Shown: positions 52,601-64,000 of the stretch, piece by piece
How positions within the stretch are numbered: the stretch's first letter is position 1
How the letters are laid out: each line of letters starts with the position of its first letter
Source: Leptogorgia sarmentosa
Lineage: Eukaryota
Direction: 5' to 3'
Assembly: GCA_964658305.1 (NCBI GenBank)
Contig: OZ210884.1
Span: 3,224,001-3,288,000 of the forward strand
DNA: 64,000 bases
Position numbers and translations under genes: made by a program
Notes under the pieces: generated by a model
Told to the model about the DNA's origin: nothing
Databases searched by the model: none
Seen by the model: only the letters and a program-made list of their open reading frames with translations

Positions 52601-55013
52601 CGGATTTCATATCGTTGCTATACCAACTAGACTTCGTCCGACGAAATATTGAGTCACTCGGGAACTCACTACGTATTCGCCTGCAGGCATTCATTAAGTG
52701 CATAATATTGGCTTAATATCGCATCGCTTTTGTTATTGTATTCGTTCCAGCCTCACAAATTATTCCTTCTACTTCCAAGAACTTGTCACTGTCAACGGGT
52801 AATTTATCAGAGTGTTTTATAAATGACGACAATATATGAAATTTTGTATTATAAGCGTGAATAATAAGTATTCAAAAATAGGAATTTTTCGCATAATTTT
52901 TATTAACTTATAAAAGATTGATATGATTGTGTCTAAATTTCTGAAATTACTAAAAAGTGAAAAAATGCGAGAAAACTAGCTAAAGCGAACAGGAATCGGA
53001 AATGCAAGCACGCAAACTTTGTCGGTATTGTAGCACTTCTAGTGTTTCATATATTTATTGATTATAATATTTAGTGTTACAGTAAAATGCATAAATAAAC
53101 ATGGGACACTTATATTTTAGGTGAGACGTTTATATAAACAAGAAAGTTAATGCCTCAGAATTATGTTGCATATAGAATATCACCACCCCGCGAAGATTTC
53201 TTTCACCAAATTATTTGTGATGCATTGATAAATTTGGTTCCAGCACTGTTTCCAGTTCCCTGTTCCTGTCACACTATATTGTTGAATCTCTGAAACGTTG
53301 AATCTTTGTATCGCTGTATCGTTTTTGTGGTTGCCGTAAGTTCTGCCTTTATTTGGAAGTCCCACTTTTGTTTACTTTTCCCTGAAGATAAATTTTGCTG
53401 GCGAAAAAGCAACTGTTTATAGAATATCAAAAATTTAGGAATTGCAAACTTCCAAAGGTTCCAAGTGAGGTTCATTTCATTGTTCTGCCGCAACGTGGGA
53501 GAATGGCGTATACGACCGGCCATTAATTGCACTCACGATCGCCCAATATGACTTAACTGAAAGAAACAACGACAATACGTCATAGCAACTAGGTAGTAGC
53601 TACAACTGCCTTTCTGAGTTGCTGCATCTTTTTTCAATAAGTAAACACAATAAAACGGTCGTGAAGTCGTGGAAAATTATCACTATTTGTTTTAGTTCAA
53701 TAAGCAGAAGGCGAAGTCCTAATGACAACTGTGCATGAGCAAATTATCATTCGTAGGTGAGCGAGAGTTTTGAACGATAAGCGCATGCTTGGTAAACTGC
53801 TTCCACCAATTAGTTGCAGTTAAAGTGGTTTTTAGGCATCCATTTTCAGTCAAATTGCCTAATCACATTTTCGAATTTAATTCGGTGACATCGAATACAT
53901 TAATAAGTAAATTGCGATATCACGAATAATTTGAATTGCATCCAATTGGACGAAACTTTCAAGTCCGAAAGGGGCATTTGTAAAGCAATATCAGAGCAAA
54001 CACACTATCAGTTAAATTTTGCTTTAAATGTACTTTCAAAAACTTCACTATTGCTGAAACTGACAAGTGACAATTATCATGAATATTGTGTCAAGAAAAT
54101 TATATTTACGTATAAGTACATGGACACCATTTAAAGACCTGAATAACCATTCAGGAAACACTAAATGTCTATCATTTCGACGTCATAGGACGATGTATTT
54201 CAAAGCTTCTAGCCAGATTTTACGGCATTTTGTAAAGAGAAAAAACAGAAATACCACTGCTTTCAGCGTGCTGTATCCCGATTTTCGAATTAAGGTGCAC
54301 AATTTCAACCAAGCAGAACTATATTTCGATACATCACAAATTTCAAACACGTTTTTGTTTCGTTGAAATTGAGTACATATTATGTAATATTAGAATGCTT
54401 TAAACGCCCCACCAGGAACCGTGGTCATGCTAAACAATATCGTTCCTTGTGATTTTATTAGAAATTGCTTGTTTTCAATGTCTTTGAGAAGGCAGAAATA
54501 CTTGAAAAACCAAATTTTATTTCGGGTTACCAAATACCAAAGGAAAGGCACCAGTAGTCCAGCGATAACCTCCACTTCATGTAATATATAATATAGATCT
54601 TCATGTCGAATCAGAAAACAAAGTAATATCAAATTCATATTTTAATTCAGTAAAGTAGTACAATATATCGCCTGTATACGCCCACACTAGGGAAGCCTAG
54701 TTGAATGGACGTCTTCCGCCTTAGACAAATTCCTTGTTACGAATAAAGCAGGGAGTTTCACATCAATATTAGTATAAAATTGCAAAATTTTGTTATGACA
54801 TGTTGTAAAACAGGCAAAGTAATTATTGCCCTCTGATGGAAGAATTGTCAATTCTTTCTTCGAGGTTTCACTTTATTCACTTGGTAAATACAACACTTTT
54901 ATATGCAAATTATTAAGTCAAGTTGTAGTTGTACTCTACTTAATCTTGCGTATAGTACTTTCTTTTAAAGATTTGTATTTCCGCATTCGTATTGACTAGT
55001 ATTTCATCTTCAT
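46661..55013. repeat. Tandem duplication unit 4 (~8.35 kb)
   Basis: Same start motif. Homology ends after atttcatcttcat at ~55013. Confidence 0.93.
49145..51090 (-). CDS. Small secreted 6-Cys protein, copy 4 (exon 1 51090-51046, exon 2 49555-49145)
   Basis: Same structure; variants LLVII, KVRY, KKVMFC. Confidence 0.85.
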
Positions 55014-55707
55014 GTTATATAAGTGAACAAGAAATCATAAAATAAAATGCGTAAATTCTCAGTACTTTTATATGTTCATGCTTATTTTAGTAAATGAAAA
55101 AGTCAACATTTGCGATACGTAATGAAAGTGTTCGTCACATATACTTGTGGCTTTGTTGAAAGAAATAAAAACGATCCCGTCAATCATACTCTTTTTGTCA
55201 CGGTTAATCATTTTTGTCCGCCAGTTTTGGCCTTATCAAAACAAGGATATACCAATTCGAGTTTCGTGTCAACTCTTTTATCGAAGAAGATCAAAGTAAA
55301 GACATAAATTAGAAAGCAGAAGACAGAAATTTAATTCCAACTATTTGGCAACTATTAAAAGATGCACATGTCATTAAAAGGAAGGCCTTGAGAAGAATAG
55401 AACAGACTGGATTAGTCTGCCGTATTGAAGTATGTAATAATAAGGTTAACTTAGTTAAAACGAACCAATATCAGTTATGCCAATGTTTGATTGTCTAGTA
55501 GACTAGTAGGTTACATTTTCCCGCGTATCTATAAAGGGTTTAAGCGAGTAACTGTCAGTTTTCTACGAGTCATAGTAGCTTATGATAGTATTCTCCAGAA
55601 CTGGCCTAAATTGAGTTTCATACATACGTAGCTATAGTTTCAAGATTGGCGGATATCATTTACATAGCAGCATTTTTATGTTATTCGACCCCTTATTGCA
55701 GGTATAT

Positions 55708-55942
55708 TCCTTACGAAAAATACACATGTGAAACACATGTGGTTCACATGTGGTTCACATGTGGTTCACATGTGGAATTGGAACAATCACATGTGATTCA
55801 CATATGATTCACATGTGTTTCACATGTGGGTTTTTACATGTGTTTCAGTTCACATGCATGTGGTTCACATGTGAATCATATGTGAATCACATGTGATTGT
55901 TCCAATTCCACATGTGAACCACATGTGTATTTTTCATAAGGG
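55708..55942. mobile_element. MITE with CCC-type termini and 2-bp TSD (EnSpm/CACTA-like), filled with CACATGTG repeats
   Basis: TIR (t)CCTTACGAAAAATACACATGTG / CACATGTGTATTTTTCATAAGGG with AT on both flanks. Confidence 0.75.
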
Positions 55943-56484
55943 ATAGCTTATAATAAAATTATCTCTCATTCGATAAAACTTACATCCTCTTGCCACTCAT
56001 GTTATGATATAGCCTATAGTCATCGTGTAGTGCGCTATATTTTCGAATTTTACACGATCTCATTCAGCGACGCGAACTTCAACAAAGAAGACTTAAAATT
56101 GCAAATGTCATGTCCTAGTCGTGGATTGAGGCCATCTTAAGCTCCTTATATATGATATATCTTAAAACGTTCAACTTTGCTGACGGAAACCACGGCAAGT
56201 ACCCAGCCGAAAACTTTAAGAAACACAATATAAAACAAATTTAAAAAATAGACATCGTGCATTCTCGATATTAAAGAAAAACAAGAAAAGATTGACAAAC
56301 CAAAAGATTAAATTAGCTACAAACGAGCTGTTATATTTGTCGATATCCTGCATGCAAAATTCAATCTTGGCAAAATTAATGATGATGAGGTTAAGTTTAC
56401 GAAATAAAGAGTATACTATTGAAGACTTCAGTTCTTTTTTGTCGTAAAATTGTTTACTGTGCCATTCCTTGTCTCCTGCATTGC

Positions 56485-59400
56485 TCAACCCGTCCATGGA
56501 CGTGATCGCACAAACATTTGAAAAGATTGATAGGCGTGTCTAAGGTCCTCACCCACCACTACGCCATGCACACTGTTATAATGTTTCCCAGCAACACGTA
56601 TACCGATTCCAATAGCTTGAACTTCTGACAAATTGCAGTCTATAAAATAATCAACCCTACTTAAATTACAAAGATAGTCATCGATCAAGTACTGACGGTC
56701 AAAAGTGACCGTGTTTTCAACAAAGAATATAGGCAATTATGTTTTTTCCATTCGTACGCGTGCGTTTTGCCTCATCGTTAAAATAGACACATTTACATCA
56801 AAATATAATGCCGTTTTGTTGGATCTTTATCAAATAAAGCATTCAGTTTGGAGGTTTGTAGCTGCTTTAGAATATATTTTGGGCTTCAAGTAGATGTGTG
56901 TTTACAACTTTTGAAAATAAATCTTCAATCTTTTGTTTTTTTTGTTGCCAGTAACCTGCAGAGTTCCGGATAAACAGTTCATTTTGTGGAATATACCGAA
57001 CCACGAAAAGGAATATGGGAATTCAAAAGACAAAAGATCGTAAGGATCTTGTTATTAATTAATCATGAAAACACTGACCTGTATTGTTTCTTGTCACAAC
57101 TCCAATACGTGCTTGTATCTCATTCTCTTCTCCTACATTGAACCCTATTTCGAAGCAACCTTGCTGAAAATTATTGATCGAAACGTCACCATCTGTTATA
57201 CCATTTATCCAGTCTTGGGGATTTAGGCCGAGAATTTTTTTTCCAAAGAATAGACTGTGAAAGTTCGGTGCGTTGACAGGAAAAGAGATTCCAAAATCAT
57301 CTGAAGACAAACAAACTTCCGAAACATTGGCATCAAAATGGGTGGAGACCAACTGGTAAGGATTACTGGACGTCCATCTGTCAGCGTTATAACCTGTGAT
57401 ATCCTATAAAAGTGAATTTAAACTTTAAAATGACATTCAATTCGGTGATGTCATTTATTAAATTGCATCTTCGTTTTTCCTATGTTGCCATATGACTGAT
57501 TTTTTTCATTTTGTAGAAGTTGGTTGAATGAGAACTAGTGAAAATTGGTACAATTCCTGATTCTCATTTAATTAATTCTTATCAGTTATATACTATACAT
57601 GCCGCGAGGGGTAGTCGAGAAAATATTATACCTCACATGGTATAATCGCCAGGTCATGGTATTATCATTTGAAATACACAGAACACGATATTCGACATGA
57701 GTTGTAGTAGCACAAGTCAAGGAACTGGCACGAAACCAATTCAGATGGACAATACCAGCAAAATGTTATTTAAAGAAAGAATTGCATTGAGTTGAGTTGA
57801 GAAAATGCACGTAAGTATTCATATTAAATCTTAACGTAGATTTTAAACTTCGTATTAGAAAGTAGTACTTCGTATCTACTTTAGTTTAACATATCGCAAA
57901 GGACAATTTTCGGGGACTGATTATTGATCCATGCTTGACAAAAATCCTGACAAAAATATGTAATTCCCAAAAAGAACCTCTAAATGGGGGAAAATTACAA
58001 AATTTGGTTACAAATGTAGTAATGATCCAAACAAAAGGCCCTTCAGATTGCACGAAATTTCTCCCTATTAGCCTATGTTGTGTGTGAGAATTGCCACCAT
58101 ATTCGCTGCCACCCAGGAAATTTTCAAAGATGTTCCAATTGGAAACTTCGTTTATTTTTCAAATTGCAATATTTTACCGTTGATGGATTTCCATTTGCGT
58201 AACCAACAAAGGTCCATCCATTTCCTTGACAAGAATTTGTATTTTCTTCATCAGCGCACAAGGTAGCCGCGTGGCCCTCAGCATTTCGTGCTTTTATTCT
58301 GTAATAACTATAGAGAGAATCCCCGGATCTGGCATTGCTGTAAAAATTTAACCGTATAATCAATTAGAGTAGAAATATCAGATGCTGTACATTACACCTG
58401 TTCCTCCCGATGTGGACGAAAAAGTACGACAAGCACGAAATAATGTAATTTGGAGCGAATACGAATACAATGCAATTGCGAAATTGATACGAAATTTGAT
58501 GAGATCATGATAGTTTGACTGTATGGTGATCAGTTGCAGTCAAACTATAAAAAATAGTATTTAATTAAGCGCACAAAATATCGTATTCCACAATTTTCCA
58601 ACCAAGGAAAAGTCACGAAATAAATTTAGCTAGCCAATCACAACGTTGATGATAAAAACAAAAACTTTCAGCAGCCATTTCACAATTTGTTTTGTGGCTT
58701 TGCACAAAAAAACCATGTAGTTTTCTCTATTTAGCTAATCATTTTTCGTCTTCTTTTCTAGCATAGCTCTCACAATATTGACCCCCGTCGAAGTTGCACT
58801 TACCAAGACGTCCTGTGGGCTTCAACGCAGTCATCGTATATCGCTAGACCAGAAATGACTGGAACTGAAATGAGAAAACAATTAGATGTTTTAAAAATCT
58901 CAATGAAAATTACTTGGGATATTTTAATACGCTTTAAAAAGCGCAAACGTTTGTCTAAAAATGTGAGGACTAAAAATTCTATTTTTATAATGGATGGAGT
59001 TTAAGTCGTTCAATCTGTAGTTTTTCCTCAAGGGACTGGTTGCTCTAAGCTAGGTTAGGCTAATTCTAGGTTAAAATTTAACCCAGCGTTTTAGTTTGTG
59101 TTTCTGCACATGTGTTTACAGGGAAACGTCAAGAAAGAAACGTCTTAATGATGTATATAAGATTTCTGAAGAAACATTTCTAAATTCATGAAAGCGTACC
59201 TGCCTAATTGGATGATTGTTACGAGAATTTGCTTTGACCTTTAAGTTAACCCAGGGTTAAACTAACCGGTTTTTAAACTACTGGCTCCAGCAGGCTATCA
59301 CAAAGATACTAGTACTGACAATAGCTCACCCAATTAAAATTCTCGATTTGTAAAGGTCATTAGTTTTTATGACAGGAAACTAAATACTGATTTTCAATGC

Positions 59401-62400
59401 CTGACAGTTTAATTTGTGATGTACTGTATTTCTAGATCAATGACGGACTATTGGGTTTTCTTGTTGGTGTCGACCCCAGAATAACATCGGTAAAAATGAC
59501 AAGTTAACACCACATCTCCAGGCTTTTTGTAAACGTGGTCTTTCCTAATAGCATTGATACGTGAATCTTTGAAATATTTATAAAAAGGACAAAATTTTAA
59601 GTAATAACTCATTCCACCAACCTGTACAGTTTACACCATCTCCAGCAAAGCCATTTTTACATGCACATGTAAATGACCCATTCGTGTTTGTACATGTAGC
59701 ATTAACATGACAGTTGTGTGTATTTTGGGCGCATTCATTCTTATCTGCAACGGCAAAAACACTCAGACTTCGTTTGCTGTCCGATGCATTTTATTTGAAA
59801 TGGAATTTCTTTGGTAGAAGCAATATCTCGTTTTATTTGTTTTATATAATGCCAAAATAGGCTATTGCTTTTCAAGAACAGTTTTAATTGATCAAAAAAA
59901 TTATAATAATAAACGGTGTAAATAAACTGCGATCACTGTGTGAAAATGGTATTGAGAACACAGAGAGCAATAGTACGAATACCATTGCTCTTTACTGACT
60001 ACAATAGTAATCGTACTTTTGCGCTCTTTGAGAGTGGAACTTTCTATTCAATACCACATGAACATGATTAACCAATTAAACAGCATGAATGTAACGAAGT
60101 ATTATATAAAGTGTCCTGTTTAATGCACTCTCTTTCTAGTTGCGAAAATTTAATTGTAAACGACCTTGGAAAAACTGATTGCGTTTGCTTAGAAGATGAC
60201 CATTCAATAACCATCACATGGATAATATTTATTTGTAACATTTTGATTTCCTATTGTTAGTAACAGGGACGGCGCGACCGGCGATGGTAGGGGGCAGGGG
60301 CGTAGGAAGCATCTGAAGTTTGGGGGGGCACCGCCTTCTAGGGGCACGTTGTGGTTGAAAGGTAATCATAAAAAATGTTTAGCTGAATTGTCGGCGAGCG
60401 GGGGGGGGGGGGGGAGGAGAGGGTTTGCCAAGTCTTTTGCGCGATTCTATCATTTTTGGGCACAAAAAATTTTTTCGGTCATTACCTGAATTCTTCGAAA
60501 CAACCCGAAATCGATGTATTCGACAAATTTTCTTTAAAAAAGTTTAATTTTGCAAACAAAAAGAGAACCTATTGTTTTAATTTAGTATTTGCAGCAACAT
60601 TACCTTGTACAAAAGGGGCACTTTTCGTCACAAAAAAGGGCACTTTTCATCACAAAAAAAGGGCACTTTTAGTCACTTGAAAAAACTTGGGGGGGCACGT
60701 GCCCCCTTTGCCCCCCCCCCTTCCTACGCCACTGGTAGGGGGTATTTACTCCCCACACCAATAATTTTGGGCTAAAGTGCTCAGGAGTTTGTGAATGGCC
60801 GTGATGGCAGAATGTCTTGGTTTGGCCCTTTTTTGCTCGCCATCACACTAATTAAGCCAACTGTTAAACGTTTTTTTATTTTTATTTTTCCTTATATATA
60901 CGCAATGTGATATGCGGACTCAAGGTAGTGAATTTGTTCATTTTTCCTCCAGCCTTAATGATTGGCACATGTGTCCTCATGAGGCTGTTAACCCCCCTCT
61001 CCCCCCCCCCCCCCTCCCCTTACCCGTTAGAACGGCACGCCGTCCTTGGTTACTAATACTTATGTATCAAAATTTAACTGAGAGAGTTTGCGCATTTTTT
61101 ATGCTTACCTGTGCAGTTTTCTCCGTCTCCAGTCCAACCAGGGTTGCAGGCACATGTGTACGAACCATTGGTGTTTGTGCATGAAGCCTTTCCGAATACA
61201 TCACAAGTATGATTCCCTATGTTACATTCGTCGATATCTGAAATAAAAATGGGCCGGTGTTTAGCTGTCTGCGTATACAGCAATAAAATTTAAAAAAAAA
61301 ACTCGAAAGAATATAATATTGAACAATAGGAACGTACAATAGCATATATCTTTTTTAACAAAGAAAGTTTACGCAACCAGTATTACACGGCGTATAACCT
61401 TATTGAACCATGAAGGATGAAATGAAGAACAACAAATATATGGAAACATTATCGCACAGAAAACAATGTAGCTATTCCGAAATTTTCAAATATATTTTCG
61501 CTTTTTGCCAGCGGGTAATGTTAATTCACTATTTCAATAACAATAGTTTGTCACAACAGAATATTTGACTTTAATTTCAAAACGGTTCTAAACATTTTGA
61601 ACATTTTATATGTAAATGTTAAATCACTGCACTTTCCAGAAAAATAGCTACGCCGCGACGAATTTGAGAACGATAGCATAAAACTTTCTCTAACGGAATA
61701 TTTTGCACAATACTAGAAATACATATATACAGCAACCCCTCGCACTTATGAACTTATACTCTGGAATTGAACCGTGTACAGATTGAATGCGGCTACGGCG
61801 AATTTTCATACGAATAGTAAATACACGAAAAAAAACGGTTACGGCCGTCAATATATTGACGAACACATCATGTGTATCAATCTTTACTCGTTTCTTGTCC
61901 TTTCTTGGCGTCTTTCTAACATTTATGCCTTCTCAGAAGGCTTTTCAGGTGTTGCAACGTAGATCTTGCCTTTGTTTTTGCCTCTTCAAACGGCCTCGTA
62001 CCCAGGCTTTTCTTAGCTTAGAGAGATTAGCAAGAATCCAGATAAATATATAGAGATCGGGCGCGTGCGCGCAAGGGTTCATGGGCAGGCGCGACGGAGG
62101 AAGCGCCTGGCAAAATATTATGCAAAAAACATGGAGGACGACTTGTCCATATTCATAAATGGAAATCGAGGAGATTGCTGTTCTTCATGAAATTGAGAGG
62201 CCAGTCCATCGAGGAGTACATTATTCCGAACGGTGTAATTTCTTCTTCCGAACTCGACGATGCTGAAGCGAAATTTTTAAACAAATCGAAACAATGTAGT
62301 GTGTATGCGAAGCGAGATTTGTCAGAATCATCATAAATCAAGAAGATAGTGTAAAACTAGCTTCGAAAGATAATTCCTGAAGCGATCTTTCCAAACTCAT

Positions 62401-63962
62401 CCATATTTAAATGCAACCGGTGCGAGATTTTTGTCACATTTTGAAGCTTTTCATACGCAGATAATTTTTTGCAAAAGTGGTACACGGCAATTTGCATATT
62501 CTGCCAGGCGCCTCACAAGTCCGTCGCGCCTGCCCATGAACCCTTGCGCGCTCGCGCTTGATCTCTATATATTTATCTGGATTCTTACTAATCTCTCTAA
62601 GCTAAGAAGCGCCTGGGTACGAGGCTGCTTTTCAAAAGGATTTCAAGCTTCTGCTCTTCATGACGGTCCGCCATAATTTTGAGATCACTTATAACCACCC
62701 CTAGACCACAGTATACCTATACAGTAGTCCAACTCATTGTTTTTTTGTAAGCTGTATACGTCATGATTCGTCACTCAGCAAGTGCACTAAACAGAAGCAT
62801 TCACCCCCCTGAGTATTATTCATTTTGAGTATTGCCAGGGGGGTGACTGCTTCTGTTTAGGGCACTTGCTGAGTGACGAATCATGACGAATACAGCTTAC
62901 AAAAAAACAATGAGTTGGACTACTGTATAGGTATACTGTGCCTAGACGGTAACCAGACATGGCGGCCAAAATGAGGAACTTCAAACTCCGCAAGGCTTCC
63001 CTTTACCCGGGGGTAATTAGCCGTGAGGTAGTATCGTTGCCCACGGTGTTTCGCACGGGGGCTCCATTTTGCCTCGGGGATGAATATTTATATAGATTTT
63101 CGGTTAAATTTTACCTTAAATCTGTTATTGATCGATCATTTACGCTGTATTTCCGGGAAAATTAAATAATTGAAAAGGTTGAGTAAAACTGAAATTTTTG
63201 ACCTACGTACCTGTACAGTTCACACCATTTCCTGAGAAGCCATTTTTACAAGCACATGTAAATGATCCAATTGTGTTTGTACATGTAGCATTGTCGTGGC
63301 AATTGTGTGTGGTATCGGCACATTCATTGACATCTGCAACAGTAAAGATATAGGCTTGATAATTTACTACTTTACTGAGGAATTAAAAATTAACAGCAGA
63401 ACCCGGCTAAAAGAGGTTTTCGTGATTAACGACTAAAGATTCAAGCTTCACAAGGTGGAGATGAGAAGGAAACGAATACGCCGAGTCAAGGGTTCATTGC
63501 ATGCAAGACTTGCATGATCATATATATATATATATATAATTATATATATTCAATGTAATTTAACATCCTTAATCCCAATATAACATCCTTAATATATAGC
63601 TACATATTCATATATATTGCCCTGATCGGCTAATTTAACATTTGACTAACCTGGACTGACGAGTGTAATATTGGCAACCCTTGTACGGCATTCACCATTA
63701 CTATTTTGAGCTGTGCAAGAAATGTCCCGAGGTAGAAAAGGAAAGAAAGTTGGAAGTGTATAAACGCATCGGTAAACCGGATCGGCGCCATCTTCGCATT
63801 CCATTACTGTGTATATACCTAGACGGATCACGATCTCCAGAGGTGGGAATGCGGGAGATCCAGCTGGAGGGACATCTGCATCACATATGACAGTCATATT
63901 TGCATATTCGGGTATAATTGTAGATGGCAGAACAGTCATGTTTACATCTGGCCCAATTTGGC
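56485..63962 (-). CDS. Extracellular multidomain protein, 5'-partial: Ig-like (63962-63651), Ca-binding EGF x3 (63333-63211, 61237-61109, 59744-59622), USOMP5/fibrinogen-like C-terminal domain (58864-58804, 58337-58178, 57403-57079, 56639-56485)
   Basis: All eight exons have AG/GT sites and compatible phases. EGF consensus D.NEC....HNC..NATCTNT.GSFTCAC..GF.G.G.NC. C-terminal motifs [32 protein letters not shown] and FVR* resemble coral uncharacterized skeletal organic matrix protein 5-like domains (recognised from memory). Confidence 0.85.
59032..59287. mobile_element. Degenerate MITE with TAACCCAGGGTTA-type subterminal repeats
   Basis: Imperfect TIR gggactggttg / aactactggctc plus internal ttaacccagggttaa palindromes. 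Confidence 0.45.
59833..60108. mobile_element. Diverged deletion derivative of the same Crypton family
   Basis: Matches 30901-30960 (ttatttgtttatataat.ccaaaata...ttgcttttcaagaacagttt) and the right end (taaataaactgcgatcactgt...gaatgtaacgaagtattatataa). Confidence 0.75.
60264..61048. mobile_element. hAT-like MITE (outer)
   Basis: TIR CAGGGACGGCG / CGCCGTCCTTG; 8-bp TSD gttagtaa/gttactaa. Confidence 0.7.
60295..60734. mobile_element. hAT-like MITE nested in the previous element
   Basis: TIR CAGGGGCGTAGGAAG / CTTCCTACGCCACTG; perfect 8-bp TSD GTAGGGGG; internal aaaagggcacttt repeats. Confidence 0.85.
61991..62627. mobile_element. MITE with ~110-bp TIRs and 9-bp TSD (AcademH-like), nested
   Basis: C(G/A)GCCTCGTACCCAGGC... 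TIRs; flanks ctcttcaaa/cttttcaaa; a single site in the 30.5-kb homologue. Confidence 0.75.
62707..62940. mobile_element. Near-perfect fold-back MITE with 7-bp TSD (superfamily uncertain, P-like), nested
   Basis: ~105-bp arms CACAGTATACCTATACAGTAG...; CCTAGAC on both sides (62700-62706, 62941-62947). Confidence 0.85.
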
Positions 63963-64000
63963 CTAAAAGTATATGAACAACAATTAAATTAATAATGAAA

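Larger units (their letters stand above)
61713..63080 (-). mobile_element. Second copy of the Helitron/Helentron-like family, in an intron
   Basis: Starts a|ctagaaatacata..cagcaacccctcgc and ends ctcgggga|tgaa, like 28947-30752. Internal homology to 30313-30752. Confidence 0.75.

Noticed and set aside
56956..57047. Possible extra minus-strand exon (…[22 protein letters not shown])
   Set aside because: It needs a 31-nt intron or a TG acceptor and ends in phase 0. Direct splicing of 57079 to 56639 is in phase and matches the domain motif.
63519..63549. (TA)n microsatellite; also poly-G/poly-C runs at ~60399 and ~61000
   Set aside because: Ordinary simple repeats in introns or MITEs.

Overview
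AT-rich, intron-containing animal genomic DNA, probably an anthozoan cnidarian (inferred from a USOMP5-like domain and the repeat families). There are three blocks. (1) 1-~15.4 kb: an apparent ~205-bp satellite is actually a + strand gene made of about 67 tandem 48-nt phase-1 micro-exons. Each encodes a 16-aa Thr-rich mucin-like repeat (VLPTTQISTTATTSKT). The array is followed by a transmembrane exon carrying a 1-nt frameshift. (2) ~17.1-55.0 kb: four tandem ~8.4-8.5-kb duplicated units, each with an intact two-exon minus-strand gene for a ~151-aa secreted 6-Cys protein with a weak cystine-knot/IL-17-like pattern. The intron of copy 2 carries a Crypton-type tyrosine-recombinase transposon with an intact ORF, itself interrupted by a rolling-circle element holding further palindromic elements. 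A fresh non-autonomous Crypton derivative sits beside it, and the other three units supply the empty sites. (3) 56.5-64 kb: the 3' part of a minus-strand multi-exon gene (Ig-like, 3x Ca-binding EGF, USOMP5/fibrinogen-like C-terminus) with nested MITEs in its introns. All calls are from manual reading; no database searches were run.
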